Of a stretch of DNA of 64,000 bases, positions 30,157 to 40,502 are shown piece by piece. A program made the translations under genes and the position numbers. Position 1 is the stretch's first letter. Each line of letters opens with the position of its first letter. The notes under the pieces are model-generated. The model was not told the origin of the DNA, did no database searches, and saw nothing but the letters and a program-made list of their open reading frames with translations. This DNA is from Candidatus Latescibacterota bacterium. Its GTDB lineage: Bacteria; Latescibacterota; UBA2968; UBA8231. Location: positions 3,808,001 to 3,872,000 of the forward strand of contig CBDETY010000003.1 of NCBI GenBank assembly GCA_965243025.1. The letters are read 5' to 3'.

Positions 30157-30957
30157 CTACCCATACTCCCCGCCCGCGTTCCACCCCGGGTACTGCTCCT
30201 CCAGCGCCGCCAGGGTCTCCACATCGTAGTAAGAATGCCCGGCCGGGGGAAACCGGAACAGCTCCCGCTTCTCCGCGCTGATCGAGCCGATGAACTCCCG
30301 GAAATGCTCCACCGACCCCAGGTTGGTGTAGCTGCTGACCCCTTCCCAGTAGTGGTCGGCCCGGCCGTAGATCCGGGTCACCGAGTAGCGCTGCCCCTCG
30401 CTCCCCCGGAACGTGGTGGCCGTGTGCCATAAATAGGTATTGAAGATCATCTGCGTGTTTCCCGGCACCGCCAGCATCACTCCCTTTGCCGTGTCGTCCC
30501 CGTACTTCTTGGGGATCACCATCATCGGCGCCTGGTCCTCCGCCACGTCCTCGGGGAAGTACCAGGTGCTGATCTGCCCGTAGCGGACGTCGCCGCACGG
30601 CGGCAGCAGCGAGTTGTTGCCGTTGTCCCGGTGCAGGCGGTGGTCCCTCGGTCCGTTGGGGTAGCGGGTCCAGTTGTGGGCGTAGCGGAAGTGGATCTTC
30701 TCGGTGTCGAGCACCCGCCGCACGAAGGCGATCAGGTCGGGATCGAGGATGAGGTGGTTGAAGTACTGCTCCTCGTACGGGAAGTCGTCCCTGAGCATGC
30801 CGTCTTCGGGCGGGTTGTCCCTGAGCTCCTCCCAGGGGGGCATGATCCGGCGCAGCAGGGCGGCTATGCGGGCCCGCGTCTCCTCGGGGTAGAATCCCTC
30901 GACCACTGCGTACCCCTGCTCCATGAAGGCTTCGAAATGGCTGTCGTCGAGCTGCAT
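30157..30957 (-). CDS. PhyH family dioxygenase
   Basis: FMEQGYAVVEG, LHRD, LWHTA. Confidence 0.85.
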   Translation of the reverse strand: MQLDDSHFEAFMEQGYAVVEGFYPEETRARIAALLRRIMPPWEELRDNPPEDGMLRDDFPYEEQYFNHLILDPDLIAFVRRVLDTEKIHFRYAHNWTRYPNGPRDHRLHRDNGNNSLLPPCGDVRYGQISTWYFPEDVAEDQAPMMVIPKKYGDDTAKGVMLAVPGNTQMIFNTYLWHTATTFRGSEGQRYSVTRIYGRADHYWEGVSSYTNLGSVEHFREFIGSISAEKRELFRFPPAGHSYYDVETLAALEEQYPGWNAGGEYG

Positions 30958-30975
30958 CTCCCCTCCTCCTCCTGC

Positions 30976-32628
30976 CTACCAGGGCCGCTCCTGGTAGAGC
31001 GACGAGTCCCAGCGCTGGGCCATGACCAGGTCGGTCACCGCCTCTTCGGCGCTGGGCGATTTGAGCTGCCGCAGGGCGTCGGTCGCCATCAGGCTGACGT
31101 AGCCGCAGGGGTCGTCCAGCGCCTGCACCAGCTCCTTTTCGGCCGAGCCGGCCTGCGCCCCCAGGCGCGCCATGGCGGTGGCGGCGTTCACCCGCACCTG
31201 GTCGCGCGCCATCCAGGCCCGCTTTCCGGTCAGCACCTCCTCCCAGTCGGGGCGGGTCTCGACGAGGAAGCGGCGCATGCGCGGCAGGTAGCTTTTGGGC
31301 TCGTCCGCGATCGTGCCGAGGGCGTCGATGGCGGTGCGCACGATGCGGTGCGAGTCCTCCTCGAGGCAGCGGGTCAGGGCCGGCACCGCCCCGGCCGCCC
31401 TCGAGTCCATCTCCCCGAGCGCGAAGGCGGCGTTGATCCGCCCCCACTCCCCGGCCGAATCCAGCAGCCCGGTCAGGGGAGCGATCGCCGGTTTGCCGAC
31501 CGCCCCGAGGGCGTGGGCCTCGTCCATCATCTGCACGGTTCCCTCACTCCAGTACGCCGGCTCCCCCTCGACCCAGCCGCGGCGTCCGGCCTCTTCCAGT
31601 CTCGATATCAGCTCCGGAACCGCCGGCTCCCCGATGGCCCCCAGGGCGTAGGTTGCGGCGGCGCGCACCGGCTCGTGCCCCCCGTTGAGCAGCCGGACGA
31701 GGGCCGGCACCACCCCGGCGGCGCGCGGTCCCAGGGCCGCGGCCCGGTGGATGGAAGCCAGCATCTCGGCGGGGGGCCGGTCCCCTTCCAGGGCGGCGAT
31801 CAGGTCCTCTCCGTTGCCGCCTCCGTTGCCGCCTCCGTTGCCGTGGGCGGACCGGAAGCTGTCCCAGCGGTCCTCCTTGCCGCACATCCAGTCCCACATG
31901 TGCGACCAGACGACCTCGAGATCCCACGGCGCCTCGAGGTTCTCCGGGTTCTTCCACTGGAGGTCCTGGCACTTCCAGGCGGGGGCCTTCAGCCCGCTCC
32001 GGCGCAGGTAGATGAACTTGATCATGTGCCGCGTCCGCTCCGACAGGTTGATTCCCGCCCCGTGGACGACGTCGAAGTGGGTGATCCACAGGGAGCCGGC
32101 CGGCCCCTCCATCGGCAGGGCCCCGGCGCGGTCCTCGCCGGTGACCGTCTTGTTGAACTGCGTGCCCGGGGTGACGTGCGTCGGCCCGTGCTTCACCGGC
32201 GTGGCCCGGGGGTAGTAGATGATGCGGGCGTAGCGGGGGTAGTGCTGCCGAGGCCGCGACATCGGCGTGTACGAATCCTGGTGGCAGCGCTGGCCGACCG
32301 CCTCGGCGAGGTCCTCGGGGGCCTCGTCGAAGGGGGCCATGTTGTGGCAGTACCGGTGCGGGTGCTCGATGTAGTCGGGCCCGAGCAGGCTGCTCAGCGC
32401 CCCGCGCACTTCGGGCGAGTTGAGGACGTGCCGGAACTCCGGGGTATGGGGCAGCAGGTTGTTGCCGAGGTTGGGTCCCAGCTCGAGCATGCGGTCGAGC
32501 TTGACGGCGATCGCCTCGTGCACCTCCGCGGGCACGGAGGGGAGGTCGATCCTGAGGTAGCCGTTGGCGATGTAGCTGCGCACCTGCTCGTCGTCGAGCA
32601 GGACGGCCTCGGCGCGGGTAGAGGGCAT
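30976..32628 (-). CDS. PhyH dioxygenase fused to HEAT/PBS-lyase repeats
   Basis: YIANGYL, CHQD, VVHGA; C-terminal repeats VRAAATYALGAIG, RINAAFALGEM, VRTAIDALGTI. Confidence 0.85.
   Translation of the reverse strand: MPSTRAEAVLLDDEQVRSYIANGYLRIDLPSVPAEVHEAIAVKLDRMLELGPNLGNNLLPHTPEFRHVLNSPEVRGALSSLLGPDYIEHPHRYCHNMAPFDEAPEDLAEAVGQRCHQDSYTPMSRPRQHYPRYARIIYYPRATPVKHGPTHVTPGTQFNKTVTGEDRAGALPMEGPAGSLWITHFDVVHGAGINLSERTRHMIKFIYLRRSGLKAPAWKCQDLQWKNPENLEAPWDLEVVWSHMWDWMCGKEDRWDSFRSAHGNGGGNGGGNGEDLIAALEGDRPPAEMLASIHRAAALGPRAAGVVPALVRLLNGGHEPVRAAATYALGAIGEPAVPELISRLEEAGRRGWVEGEPAYWSEGTVQMMDEAHALGAVGKPAIAPLTGLLDSAGEWGRINAAFALGEMDSRAAGAVPALTRCLEEDSHRIVRTAIDALGTIADEPKSYLPRMRRFLVETRPDWEEVLTGKRAWMARDQVRVNAATAMARLGAQAGSAEKELVQALDDPCGYVSLMATDALRQLKSPSAEEAVTDLVMAQRWDSSLYQERPW
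31809..31843. repeat. 12-bp tandem repeat (~3 copies) encoding a GNGG linker
   Basis: CTCCGTTGCCGC twice plus CTCCGTTGCCG at the PhyH/HEAT domain junction. Confidence 0.8.
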
Positions 32629-32739
32629 GGCGGGTTTGTCTCCGGTTGTCGGGTGGGTTTCCGGTGTCCGGTGCGGAAATATCCCCGCTGGTTTGCGCCG
32701 CTGCAAATGGCGATTTTGGGCCCCCGAACCGAACCGGAG

Positions 32740-32774
32740 GGAGAGCTTGATGATGACACCGGATCAGGCCGCGG
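32740..32774 (+). repeat. Left copy of 35-bp direct repeat (RBS + first codons of the PhyH gene at 33836)
   Basis: GGAGAGCTTGATGATGACACCGGATCAGGCCGCGG; 34/35 identical to 33826-33860. Confidence 0.9.
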
Positions 32775-32790
32775 GGGAGCGACCTTGGAG

Positions 32791-33801
32791 TTGATTGATG
32801 TCTGCCGATCTGGAGGTCCCGGGGGGCCCAAAATCCGGAGATGGGGGTGGCTCAAGCCTTTGCTAACCTTGACGCTGGTGGTCTCAGCCTGTGCCGCCCC
32901 GCTTTCCGCGCACGTCGGAAACCGTTTGATCCCGATCAGCTATCTCTCAGATGAAGCCCTGGCTGTAATCAACCTCGATGACGGGGTTGTAGTGGACTGG
33001 GAGGATATCCTGGGTGAACCGGTTTTGACCACCCTGGATTTCAACCTGGATTCACCAGCATATGTCGATTACGAGGCCGGCCCTTCCAACTTCGATTTTC
33101 GTATCTGGTTGGGTTGGACTGAGGACGGGAAAATTTATTGCGCAGGCCAGGTTGTCGACGACAGGTACATAGCCATAACCGACGAGGATTTTCCCGTATT
33201 CTTCCGGTCTCGCGGCGACAGCTTCACTCTACGCGTCGACGGAGATCATTCCGGTGGTCAATACCTTCCCCTTCCTGTTTACGAAGAGCTTGCCCAGGAA
33301 GAGGAGGCCATAAATGCAGGAAAACCAATGATGTCGAACAGGCAAGCCCAACAGTACGAGGCGGTCCCCCGCGTACCTGCAGGACCGCAAGTTTCAGTGC
33401 CACAGAATAATATGAATGGTTCCTGGTGGATGGTTTTTCCTCCCTATGCCGAGGGTGCCGGAGGTGCGTACGGCGAAAATCCGACCATCTGGTCGGTCGA
33501 GTTTTACGTCACCTGCTGGGATCGATTGAACAGTGTGGAACCAGAGGGCAGTGTCGTGTCCCAGCTATCCGGGGGAAAGGTGATCGGGCTCGACGTTTGG
33601 GTCTCTGACCATGACAACAAAGGCCACGCTACACCTACCGCATCTGATGGCTTTTACTTTTTGGACAGGCCCGACTCCAGGTTCGGCGTCCATGATGCAA
33701 GTGAATTCTTCGACGGTCTGCTCCTCGGCTCCGCCGGGACGTCCGGCGACTCCGCGGTTGAGCCCACCGCCTGGGGCCGCATCAAGGCTTCATTGGATTG
33801 A
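32791..33801 (+). CDS. Secreted CBM9/DOMON-like protein with C-terminal WGRIKA tail (paralogue 2); TTG start at 32785 or 32791
   Basis: Signal peptide ..PLSA-H, DFRIWLGW, VDGDHSGG, PPYAEG.GG.YGENP, ends SAVEPTAWGRIKASLD. Confidence 0.82.
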   Translation: MIDVCRSGGPGGPKIRRWGWLKPLLTLTLVVSACAAPLSAHVGNRLIPISYLSDEALAVINLDDGVVVDWEDILGEPVLTTLDFNLDSPAYVDYEAGPSNFDFRIWLGWTEDGKIYCAGQVVDDRYIAITDEDFPVFFRSRGDSFTLRVDGDHSGGQYLPLPVYEELAQEEEAINAGKPMMSNRQAQQYEAVPRVPAGPQVSVPQNNMNGSWWMVFPPYAEGAGGAYGENPTIWSVEFYVTCWDRLNSVEPEGSVVSQLSGGKVIGLDVWVSDHDNKGHATPTASDGFYFLDRPDSRFGVHDASEFFDGLLLGSAGTSGDSAVEPTAWGRIKASLD

Positions 33802-33825
33802 ACAGAACCACCGACCGATCGAGAA

Positions 33826-33860
33826 GGAGAGCTTGATGATGACACCGGAGCAGGCCGCGG
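33826..33860 (+). repeat. Right copy of 35-bp direct repeat
   Basis: GGAGAGCTTGATGATGACACCGGAGCAGGCCGCGG, the true start of the PhyH gene. Confidence 0.9.
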
Positions 33861-34624
33861 CCAAGCGCCGGCAGCTGATTCGCGACGGCTACTGCGTGGT
33901 CGACGATGTATTGACCGACGGCTTCCTGCAGGAGCTGCGCGACGAGTCGGAGCGGCTGATGGAGCACCACGTCATGGCCGCCGAGTTCCGCTACCAGGGG
34001 CAGCACGTCGGCGTCCAGGGCAAGGACAACGAGGTCATCCAGCGGCTGCTGGAGTGGCCGGCCTCGCGGCGGGTGCTGGAGCAGATCGGCTTCGGCGACT
34101 TCGAGAGCACCGGCGGCATCATCATCCTGACCAAGGACCCCGGGGAGCCGGCGCTCTACTGGCACCAGGACTGGATGCAGTGGAACGACCCGTTCAGCTG
34201 TTCCCCGTGGCCGCAGATCGTGTTCCTGTCCTACTACCTGTCCGACACCTCGGTGGAGAACGGCTGCCTCAAGGTGATCCCCGGGTCGCACCTCGAGCGC
34301 CACGAGCTGCACGACCGGCTGGTGCCGGCCCACGAGAAGGGGGCCCGCTTCATCGACGAGGACCACCCGGTCATGTTCAGCGACCACCCCGACCAGCAGG
34401 ACGTGATGGTGAAGGCCGGGTCGCTCACCATCGCCGACGCCCGCCTGCTGCACTCGGCGCACCGCAACCTGACCGGCGTGCGCCGCACCCTGATCCTGGC
34501 CTGGCACCGGCGGCCGCTGACCGTGCCGGACAACTGGGAGGGAGAAATCCCCGAGGTCATCGCCAACCGCGACGCCGCGGCCGAGTACGAGGGCACGCGG
34601 GTCCCGGGGAAGTACCTCGTTTGA
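33836..34624 (+). CDS. PhyH family dioxygenase
   Basis: LIRDGYCVVDDVL, WHQD, ENGCLKVIPGSH, LLHSAH. Confidence 0.9.
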   Translation: MMTPEQAAAKRRQLIRDGYCVVDDVLTDGFLQELRDESERLMEHHVMAAEFRYQGQHVGVQGKDNEVIQRLLEWPASRRVLEQIGFGDFESTGGIIILTKDPGEPALYWHQDWMQWNDPFSCSPWPQIVFLSYYLSDTSVENGCLKVIPGSHLERHELHDRLVPAHEKGARFIDEDHPVMFSDHPDQQDVMVKAGSLTIADARLLHSAHRNLTGVRRTLILAWHRRPLTVPDNWEGEIPEVIANRDAAAEYEGTRVPGKYLV

Positions 34625-34681
34625 GGACCCGCTACCGCGGGGCAGCGCCATCAAACCCATAGCGCCATCCAAAGCCAAACG

Positions 34682-35512
34682 GTGAACGAAATGAACTCAG
34701 CCCGAAAACCTTCAGATCCCGCCCCCATGACCGACGAGCAGAAGTTCTTCTTCGACCTGCGCGGCTGGATCCTCCTGCCTTCGGTGCTTTCGGACGCGGA
34801 GATCGAGCCGATGAAAGCAGAGTGCTACGCCGGGGCCAGGAAGGGATACGAAGGCGCCCTGCAGGACCTGCTCGACCACCCCGCGGTCGCCGGCATCCTC
34901 ACGGAAATTCTCTCGGAAGAGCCGTTCGACCTCGAAGAGTGCTACGGGTTTCGCTGCGAAAGCTCCTTCGTGAGCGTCCGCCCCCCCGGCTGGAAGCCGT
35001 CTGCCGGCGGGGCATTGCCGCACGTGGTGCGCCCGCCCCAGCAGGCCAACGCCATGCGTTACCAGGCCGCGGGAAAGAAGATCTTCTCCGGGCTTACCCG
35101 CGTCGTCTGGGAGCTGGAGGAAGTAAAGGCCGGCATGGGCGGCACTTCCTTCCTGAGCGGCTCGCACAAGGCCCATTTCAACTACGGCGGCCCCGACCCC
35201 TGGGAGGCGAATATCGGAGGTTCTCCTTGGGAAGACGGCATGCGCGCGGTCATGGATGATTACTCCTGTCCGGCGGGATCGGCAGTGATCTTCACCGAGA
35301 GCCTGGCCCATGGCTCGAACGACTGGACCAACCCCCGCAACTCCCGCTGCGCCGTCTTCAACTGCTACAACTCCCTCTGGGCCCAGTGGCACAAGCTCGA
35401 TCTCGCCCACGATGTCATCATGGCGATGCCGCCCAAGCGGCGCACCCTCTTCCGGGGGGTCTGGCAGTTGGGGGGAAACACCGGATACTCCGTGGACAAC
35501 CGGTCCCTCTGA
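34682..35512 (+). CDS. PhyH-like dioxygenase lacking the HxD carboxylate (HVV)
   Basis: FFDLRGWILLPSVL, GGTSFLSGSHKA, LAHGS; start may be 34691 or later. Confidence 0.82.
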   Translation: MNEMNSARKPSDPAPMTDEQKFFFDLRGWILLPSVLSDAEIEPMKAECYAGARKGYEGALQDLLDHPAVAGILTEILSEEPFDLEECYGFRCESSFVSVRPPGWKPSAGGALPHVVRPPQQANAMRYQAAGKKIFSGLTRVVWELEEVKAGMGGTSFLSGSHKAHFNYGGPDPWEANIGGSPWEDGMRAVMDDYSCPAGSAVIFTESLAHGSNDWTNPRNSRCAVFNCYNSLWAQWHKLDLAHDVIMAMPPKRRTLFRGVWQLGGNTGYSVDNRSL

Positions 35513-35519
35513 CGCCGGA

Positions 35520-35742
35520 ATGAGCAAGGTCCGCGTCGGAATCATCGGAGCGGGCAACATCGCCAGGCTCCACGCCCACGGGTACGCCAACGCCCCCAGC
35601 GCCGAGCTTCACGCCGTCTGCGACACGAACGGGGACCGCGCCCGCGAGCGCGCCGCGCAGTGGGGGGCGGCGAAGTCCTGCACCGGCTACCGCGACCTGC
35701 TCGACGACCCGGAGGTCGACGCCGTCGACGTCATCACCCCCC
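35520..35742 (+). pseudogene. Truncated Gfo/Idh/MocA oxidoreductase (N-terminal ~74 aa)
   Basis: MSKVRVGIIGAGNIA...DPEVDAVDVITP, after which family similarity stops abruptly. Confidence 0.8.
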
Positions 35743-36258
35743 GATCTTCCAGGAGATGCCGTCCGGGGAGGTGTACAGCCTGCCGGTGATGTCGTTGTCC
35801 CGGATGTCTCCCACGATCTCCATCGCCGTCAGCTTGTAGCGCCTTTCCGGGTCGGAGTCGAACGGGTCGTACGTGGTCTTGCCGGTCACCGTCGGGTAGG
35901 CGTCGAAGCCGGCGGCGTTGCGGATCGATTCGTCGAAGCCGTACTGCTGCCAGTACCCGAGGTCGGGCTTGCGCCAGTCGATGCCGTCGTCGCTTTCGGC
36001 GTAGCAGAGGATGGAGTTGAAGTTCATCCCCGGGACCACGAGGGCGCCGGATTTCTGGTACCACATCTTGAAGAGGCCGGTCTCCGGATCCCGGAGGTAG
36101 TTGGGGTATACCGAGGTCTGCCCGGCCAGCTCCTCTCCGCCCGCGGCGGAGCCTTCGAGGGTGAGGTCGGCGTCGAGCAGCTCTGGGTTGCAGAACCGCC
36201 GCGCGATGTTGCGCCTGGAGTCGAGCATCCAGTCGTCGAGAAACAGGATCGTCTTCAT
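35734..36258 (-). pseudogene. C-terminally truncated glycoside-hydrolase-like beta-propeller
   Basis: MKTILFLDD, FKMWY, CYAESDDGIDWRKPDLG, LYTSPDGISW, then a stop at the junction with the truncated Gfo gene. Confidence 0.7.
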
Positions 36259-36418
36259 CTTGCCGCGTCCTTTCGCTCTTTCCCGGCAAGGTAAGGGATC
36301 GGCTTCCGGGGTGCCCCGAGGAGCCGGCTGCGGTCTGTCGGCGGCTCGCACCGGCTCGGTTAAACAGCGTCCTTTCCATTCCGTTCCAGCCCAACCGGAA
36401 AGGAAGAGGAGAATTGAG

Positions 36419-37582
36419 GTGAGCGGCCCGGTTGCCGTCGTCCTCGACGGCGAAGTTGAAATAGTTCCGACCGGCGTTCTGAAGCGGTCGATGATGAGCA
36501 TGGCCCGGCACCTGGACGGGACCGTCTGGCTCAACACCCAGACCGGCCCCCTCTACCGGAGCGCGGACCAGGGCCGTTCGTGGACCCCGGTCCCGGTGGA
36601 GATGCCGGAACTCCACCACCCGCAGGTCCTCCACGGCATCGGCATCGGCCGGGACGGCCGCCTGTGGCTGAGCCACAGCTCCGACCGGGAGTACCCCGGA
36701 GGGCTGTACGGCCAGGACCTCCACGTATCCCACTCGGCGGACGGAGGGACCACCTGGCAGCGGTCGGCCACCGACTTCGGAACAATCCCGCCCGGCGTTC
36801 CCGACATGTGCTTCCACGAAGACGGAAACCGCACCTTCGTCGAGCTGCCCGACGGCACCCTGATGTTCACGACCACGATCGTCCCCGCCCCCGCTCACGC
36901 CGACCGCTGGCCCCCTGCTTCCGGAGAGATGTACGGCGGGCGGGCCGGAGACCTCTTCGGGGACCTGGTCCTGCGCAGCAGCGACGACGGCCGCACCTGG
37001 GGGGATGCCACCCGGGTCGATCCCTTCCTCAATCCCCACGAGTCCAACCTCGCCGTCGATCCCGGCGACGGGGAGCGCATCCTGCTGATGACGCGCTGCC
37101 AGCGGTCGTCCATCCCCGACGAGGATCCGGACGAGTTCCTGGCGAGGACGGGGAACCCCGGGCCCGCGATCAAACAGGGGGTCCTGTTCGAATCGACCGA
37201 CGCCGGCCGCACCTTCAGGGCGGCGGGGTGGACCAACTGGTATGGACACCGGGGGAGTGTTTACTTCGCTCCCAGCCGTACGGTTGTTGTCACGCACTCG
37301 GGCGGGTACCGGGACCGCAGGGTCGTCGCCCGCGTCAGCCTGGACGGGGCGGCCACCTGGCAGGACGGCAGCGCCGATGGGACCGCCGACCTGCTCGCCG
37401 CGCAGAAGTTCGTGCTCCTGCCCGACCCCCCGGGCCATTCTTTCACGACACCGACCATCGAGTTCGAGCCGCGCCATTTTCTCACCGCGTACGGCTGGTA
37501 TCCGGGCGGTGGGGATGAGCTGGCCGTCAACGGGGTGTTCTGGCACCTCGAGCCGGGAGGGTCGGGGCCGGGCGGCCGGTAG
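36419..37582 (+). CDS. Sialidase-like (BNR/Asp-box) beta-propeller
   Basis: Asp boxes [40 protein letters not shown]. Confidence 0.85.
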   Translation: MSGPVAVVLDGEVEIVPTGVLKRSMMSMARHLDGTVWLNTQTGPLYRSADQGRSWTPVPVEMPELHHPQVLHGIGIGRDGRLWLSHSSDREYPGGLYGQDLHVSHSADGGTTWQRSATDFGTIPPGVPDMCFHEDGNRTFVELPDGTLMFTTTIVPAPAHADRWPPASGEMYGGRAGDLFGDLVLRSSDDGRTWGDATRVDPFLNPHESNLAVDPGDGERILLMTRCQRSSIPDEDPDEFLARTGNPGPAIKQGVLFESTDAGRTFRAAGWTNWYGHRGSVYFAPSRTVVVTHSGGYRDRRVVARVSLDGAATWQDGSADGTADLLAAQKFVLLPDPPGHSFTTPTIEFEPRHFLTAYGWYPGGGDELAVNGVFWHLEPGGSGPGGR

Positions 37583-37620
37583 CCGGATTGACCAGAATGG
37601 ACGAACAGAAAGGAAACTGT

Positions 37621-39072
37621 ATGCAGGCCGACATCGGTCTGGTAGGACTGGCCGTGATGGGGGAAAACCTCGTGCTGAACATGGCCGGCCGCGGCTTCAC
37701 CGTGGCCGTGTACAACCGTACCACCTCCAAGGTCGACGCCTTCCTCGAGAGCAGGGCCAAGGGCCTGCCGATCCTCGGCGCCCGCTCACCCGCGGAGCTG
37801 GTCTCCCGACTCGCGCCGCCCCGCCGCGTCATGCTGATGGTGCAGGCCGGGAATGCGGTCGACAGGGTGATCGCCGAGTTCCTCCCCCTCCTCGACGAAG
37901 GGGACATCCTGATCGACGGCGGCAACTCGAACTTCGGGGACACGACGCGGCGGACCCGCGACCTCGCAGGGAAGGGGATCCTCTACATCGGCACCGGGGT
38001 GTCCGGGGGCGAGGAGGGGGCCCTCAAGGGGCCGAGCATCATGCCGGGGGGCAACGAGGAGGCGTGGCCCCACGTCGGGGAGATCTTCCGCGCCATCGCC
38101 GCCAGGGTCGACGGCGGCTCCCCCTGCTGCGACTGGATCGGACCCGAAGGGGCCGGCCACTACGTCAAGATGATCCACAACGGCATCGAGTACGGCGACA
38201 TGCAGTTGATCTGCGAGGCCTACTCGCTGCTGCGCCGGGTCTGCGGGATGAGCGCCCAGGAGATGAGCGCCGTCTTCCGCGAGTGGAACCGGGGAGAGCT
38301 CGACAGCTACCTGATCGAGATCACCGGCGACATCCTGGAGCGCACCGACGAGGAGACCGGCAAGCCGATGGTCGACGTCATCCTCGACACGGCCGGACAG
38401 AAAGGGACCGGCAAGTGGACGGGGATCGAGGCGCTGCAGCTCGGAGCCCCGGCGGCGACCATCACCGAGGCCGTCTTCGCGCGCTGCCTCTCCGCTCTCA
38501 AGGAGGAGCGGGTGCGGGCGGCGGCGGTTCTCAAGGGGACGGAGCGCGGCTTCGACGGCGACCGCGCCGCCTTCGTCGAGGACGTGCGCCGCTCCCTGTA
38601 CGCCTCCAAGATCTGCTCCTACGCCCAGGGGTTTCAGCTGCTCAGGGCCGCGGCGGCCGAGCACGAATGGCCGCTCGACTACGGCAGCATCGCCCTGATG
38701 TGGCGCGGCGGCTGCATCATCAGGGCGCGTTTTCTCGGGCGCATCAAGGAGGCCTTCGACGCCGACCCCGGCCTCGCCAACCTGTTGCTGGCGCCCCATT
38801 TCGCCGCCGCTCTCGAGGAGAGCCAGGAATCCTGGCGGCGGGTGGTGGCGGCCGCGGTTCAACTCGGCGTGCCGGTGCCGGCCTTCGGCAGCGCCCTGGC
38901 CTACTACGACGGGTACCGCAGCGAGGTCCTGCCGGCCAACCTGCTGCAGGCGCAACGGGACTATTTCGGCGCCCACACGTACGAGCGCGTCGACCGTCCC
39001 CGCGGCGAGTTCTTCCACACCAACTGGACCGGCCGGGGCGGAACTACGGCGTCGAGCTCCTACAACGTCTGA
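37621..39072 (+). CDS. gnd: 6-phosphogluconate dehydrogenase, decarboxylating (NADP+)
   Basis: [51 protein letters not shown]. Confidence 0.97.
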   Translation: MQADIGLVGLAVMGENLVLNMAGRGFTVAVYNRTTSKVDAFLESRAKGLPILGARSPAELVSRLAPPRRVMLMVQAGNAVDRVIAEFLPLLDEGDILIDGGNSNFGDTTRRTRDLAGKGILYIGTGVSGGEEGALKGPSIMPGGNEEAWPHVGEIFRAIAARVDGGSPCCDWIGPEGAGHYVKMIHNGIEYGDMQLICEAYSLLRRVCGMSAQEMSAVFREWNRGELDSYLIEITGDILERTDEETGKPMVDVILDTAGQKGTGKWTGIEALQLGAPAATITEAVFARCLSALKEERVRAAAVLKGTERGFDGDRAAFVEDVRRSLYASKICSYAQGFQLLRAAAAEHEWPLDYGSIALMWRGGCIIRARFLGRIKEAFDADPGLANLLLAPHFAAALEESQESWRRVVAAAVQLGVPVPAFGSALAYYDGYRSEVLPANLLQAQRDYFGAHTYERVDRPRGEFFHTNWTGRGGTTASSSYNV

Positions 39073-39206
39073 TGGGCTTCAGTTGTAAGGAAAACCAGGC
39101 GGTTCTTTTCCACCCGGGGGCGAAGGGGCTTTCGCTTGAATTGTCCCACCGCCGAAAGGTGGTGGTTGTAGAAGACAAGCGCTGGAGAATCACGGGCAAG
39201 GACGTC

Positions 39207-40139
39207 TTACTCCGCCAGGGACGCCTTGATCCTCGCCCACGAATCCGGCTTCACTGCTGTCCCGCCGCCCCCGGTCCCGTCAGCCCCGATGAGGACCGCA
39301 TCCACGAACGATTCGGCAAACCTCCATGTTTCCGACTCGAGAGAAGCGGCAGCTTCGTAAATGGTACGCTTGGTTACGTCCCCATCCCTGTCTATTACTA
39401 TCGGGCGCAGCCCGATGATCTTCCCGGGAAACAATTGGGAGACCTCGCTGTTTTCCGGACTCTCCCAGTCCAGGTGGTCGAACGCCGTTACGTAGAACTC
39501 GATGACAGCGACGAGAGGATTTTCGCCGAACAGCCCTCCTCCCGCGTCGCCGTACGGCGGGGAGGTCATCCAGTCGTTGAACTGGTGAGTTATTTCCAGT
39601 ACCAAATTTCGGCCTGTATGTGACATCGCCATGCCGACGTATTCCTGCACGTGCACGTTGAATAACGTCTTGTAGTCGAAGTCGTCGCTGCGCCACCACG
39701 CGGGATCGACCCATTGTCCTCCGCTGTGGTCGCCATCTATGGCGAGTGCGAAAATGTCCCACGCAAACTCCTGGTCGCCGTGCTCAACGTCGGCGCCGAA
39801 CTCATTATCGTAAAGATCATCTGTGGCAGTTACCGCCACGTAGAGGTGATTCGTCAGCCGCCGCCAACCCAACCACATCACGAAGTCCAGGTCGGACGGA
39901 TCGTATGCCTTGGTGTGGCCCCCTTGCAAAATTTCGAAATCCGTAATGGTCAGCGCAGGCTCCCCCAGTATTTCCCACCACTCAGCGACGGTGCCATCCT
40001 GCAGGTCGATTTGGACCGCGGCCTCCTCGGTTATCTCGGGGATCGGAATGACTCGATCACTGAGCTGGGCTCGAGCCGGGCTCTGTCCTCCAGCAAACGA
40101 CCCGGCGATCAAGGCAGCCAACAGGGTTTGAGGTCGCAT
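39207..40139 (-). CDS. Secreted CBM9/DOMON-like protein with C-terminal WARIKA tail (paralogue 3)
   Basis: Signal peptide, DPSDLDFVMWLGW, IDGDHSGG, PPYGDAGGGLFGENP, ends TAVKPDSWARIKASLAE. Confidence 0.85.
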   Translation of the reverse strand: MRPQTLLAALIAGSFAGGQSPARAQLSDRVIPIPEITEEAAVQIDLQDGTVAEWWEILGEPALTITDFEILQGGHTKAYDPSDLDFVMWLGWRRLTNHLYVAVTATDDLYDNEFGADVEHGDQEFAWDIFALAIDGDHSGGQWVDPAWWRSDDFDYKTLFNVHVQEYVGMAMSHTGRNLVLEITHQFNDWMTSPPYGDAGGGLFGENPLVAVIEFYVTAFDHLDWESPENSEVSQLFPGKIIGLRPIVIDRDGDVTKRTIYEAAASLESETWRFAESFVDAVLIGADGTGGGGTAVKPDSWARIKASLAE

Positions 40140-40257
40140 CTTTGATCCTTTCCCGCATCAGATTCAGGTTTTCGAGACTGGCGCGCATTGCGTCAACCTT
40201 TCGGAAACGCATATCCCAATCCAGCGAAAGCAAACGCGTGGGGCAAGTCTCTCGAAA

Positions 40258-40420
40258 CAGTTTGGTGGTACGGAAGGAACCTTTCAGCATCGGCATCAGG
40301 CCCAATCGGTGCAGTGTGACCGTCTCTTCCAGACTTCCTCGAGGGCTGCGCAGGGCGGACCGGTTTTTCAGCTCCAATCCCGGTTTGAGCGCCTCCAAGA
40401 CGGCCTTGCCTCCTCGTACG
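40258..40420 (-). mobile_element. IS256-family transposase remnant
   Basis: Degenerate YEE.K..LEALKPGLELKNRSALRS..SLEETVTLHRLGLMPMLKGSFRTT resembles the IS256 C-terminal 'LEETLTxHRLG..RTTN' segment; frameshifted, no start. Confidence 0.7.
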
Positions 40421-40502
40421 CTGTAGATTCAGTGTCATGGGCAAGGGTCAAGTTCTCGTTGGATTACTGAGGCCCCTTTCCGGAGTTATGCGGAGATTCA
40501 TC

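Noticed and set aside
30631-32784. N-terminal ~720 aa of the 1056-aa ORF 30631-33801
   Set aside because: It is the antisense shadow of two minus-strand PhyH genes. Only the part from ~32785/32791 (signal peptide onward) is a real gene.
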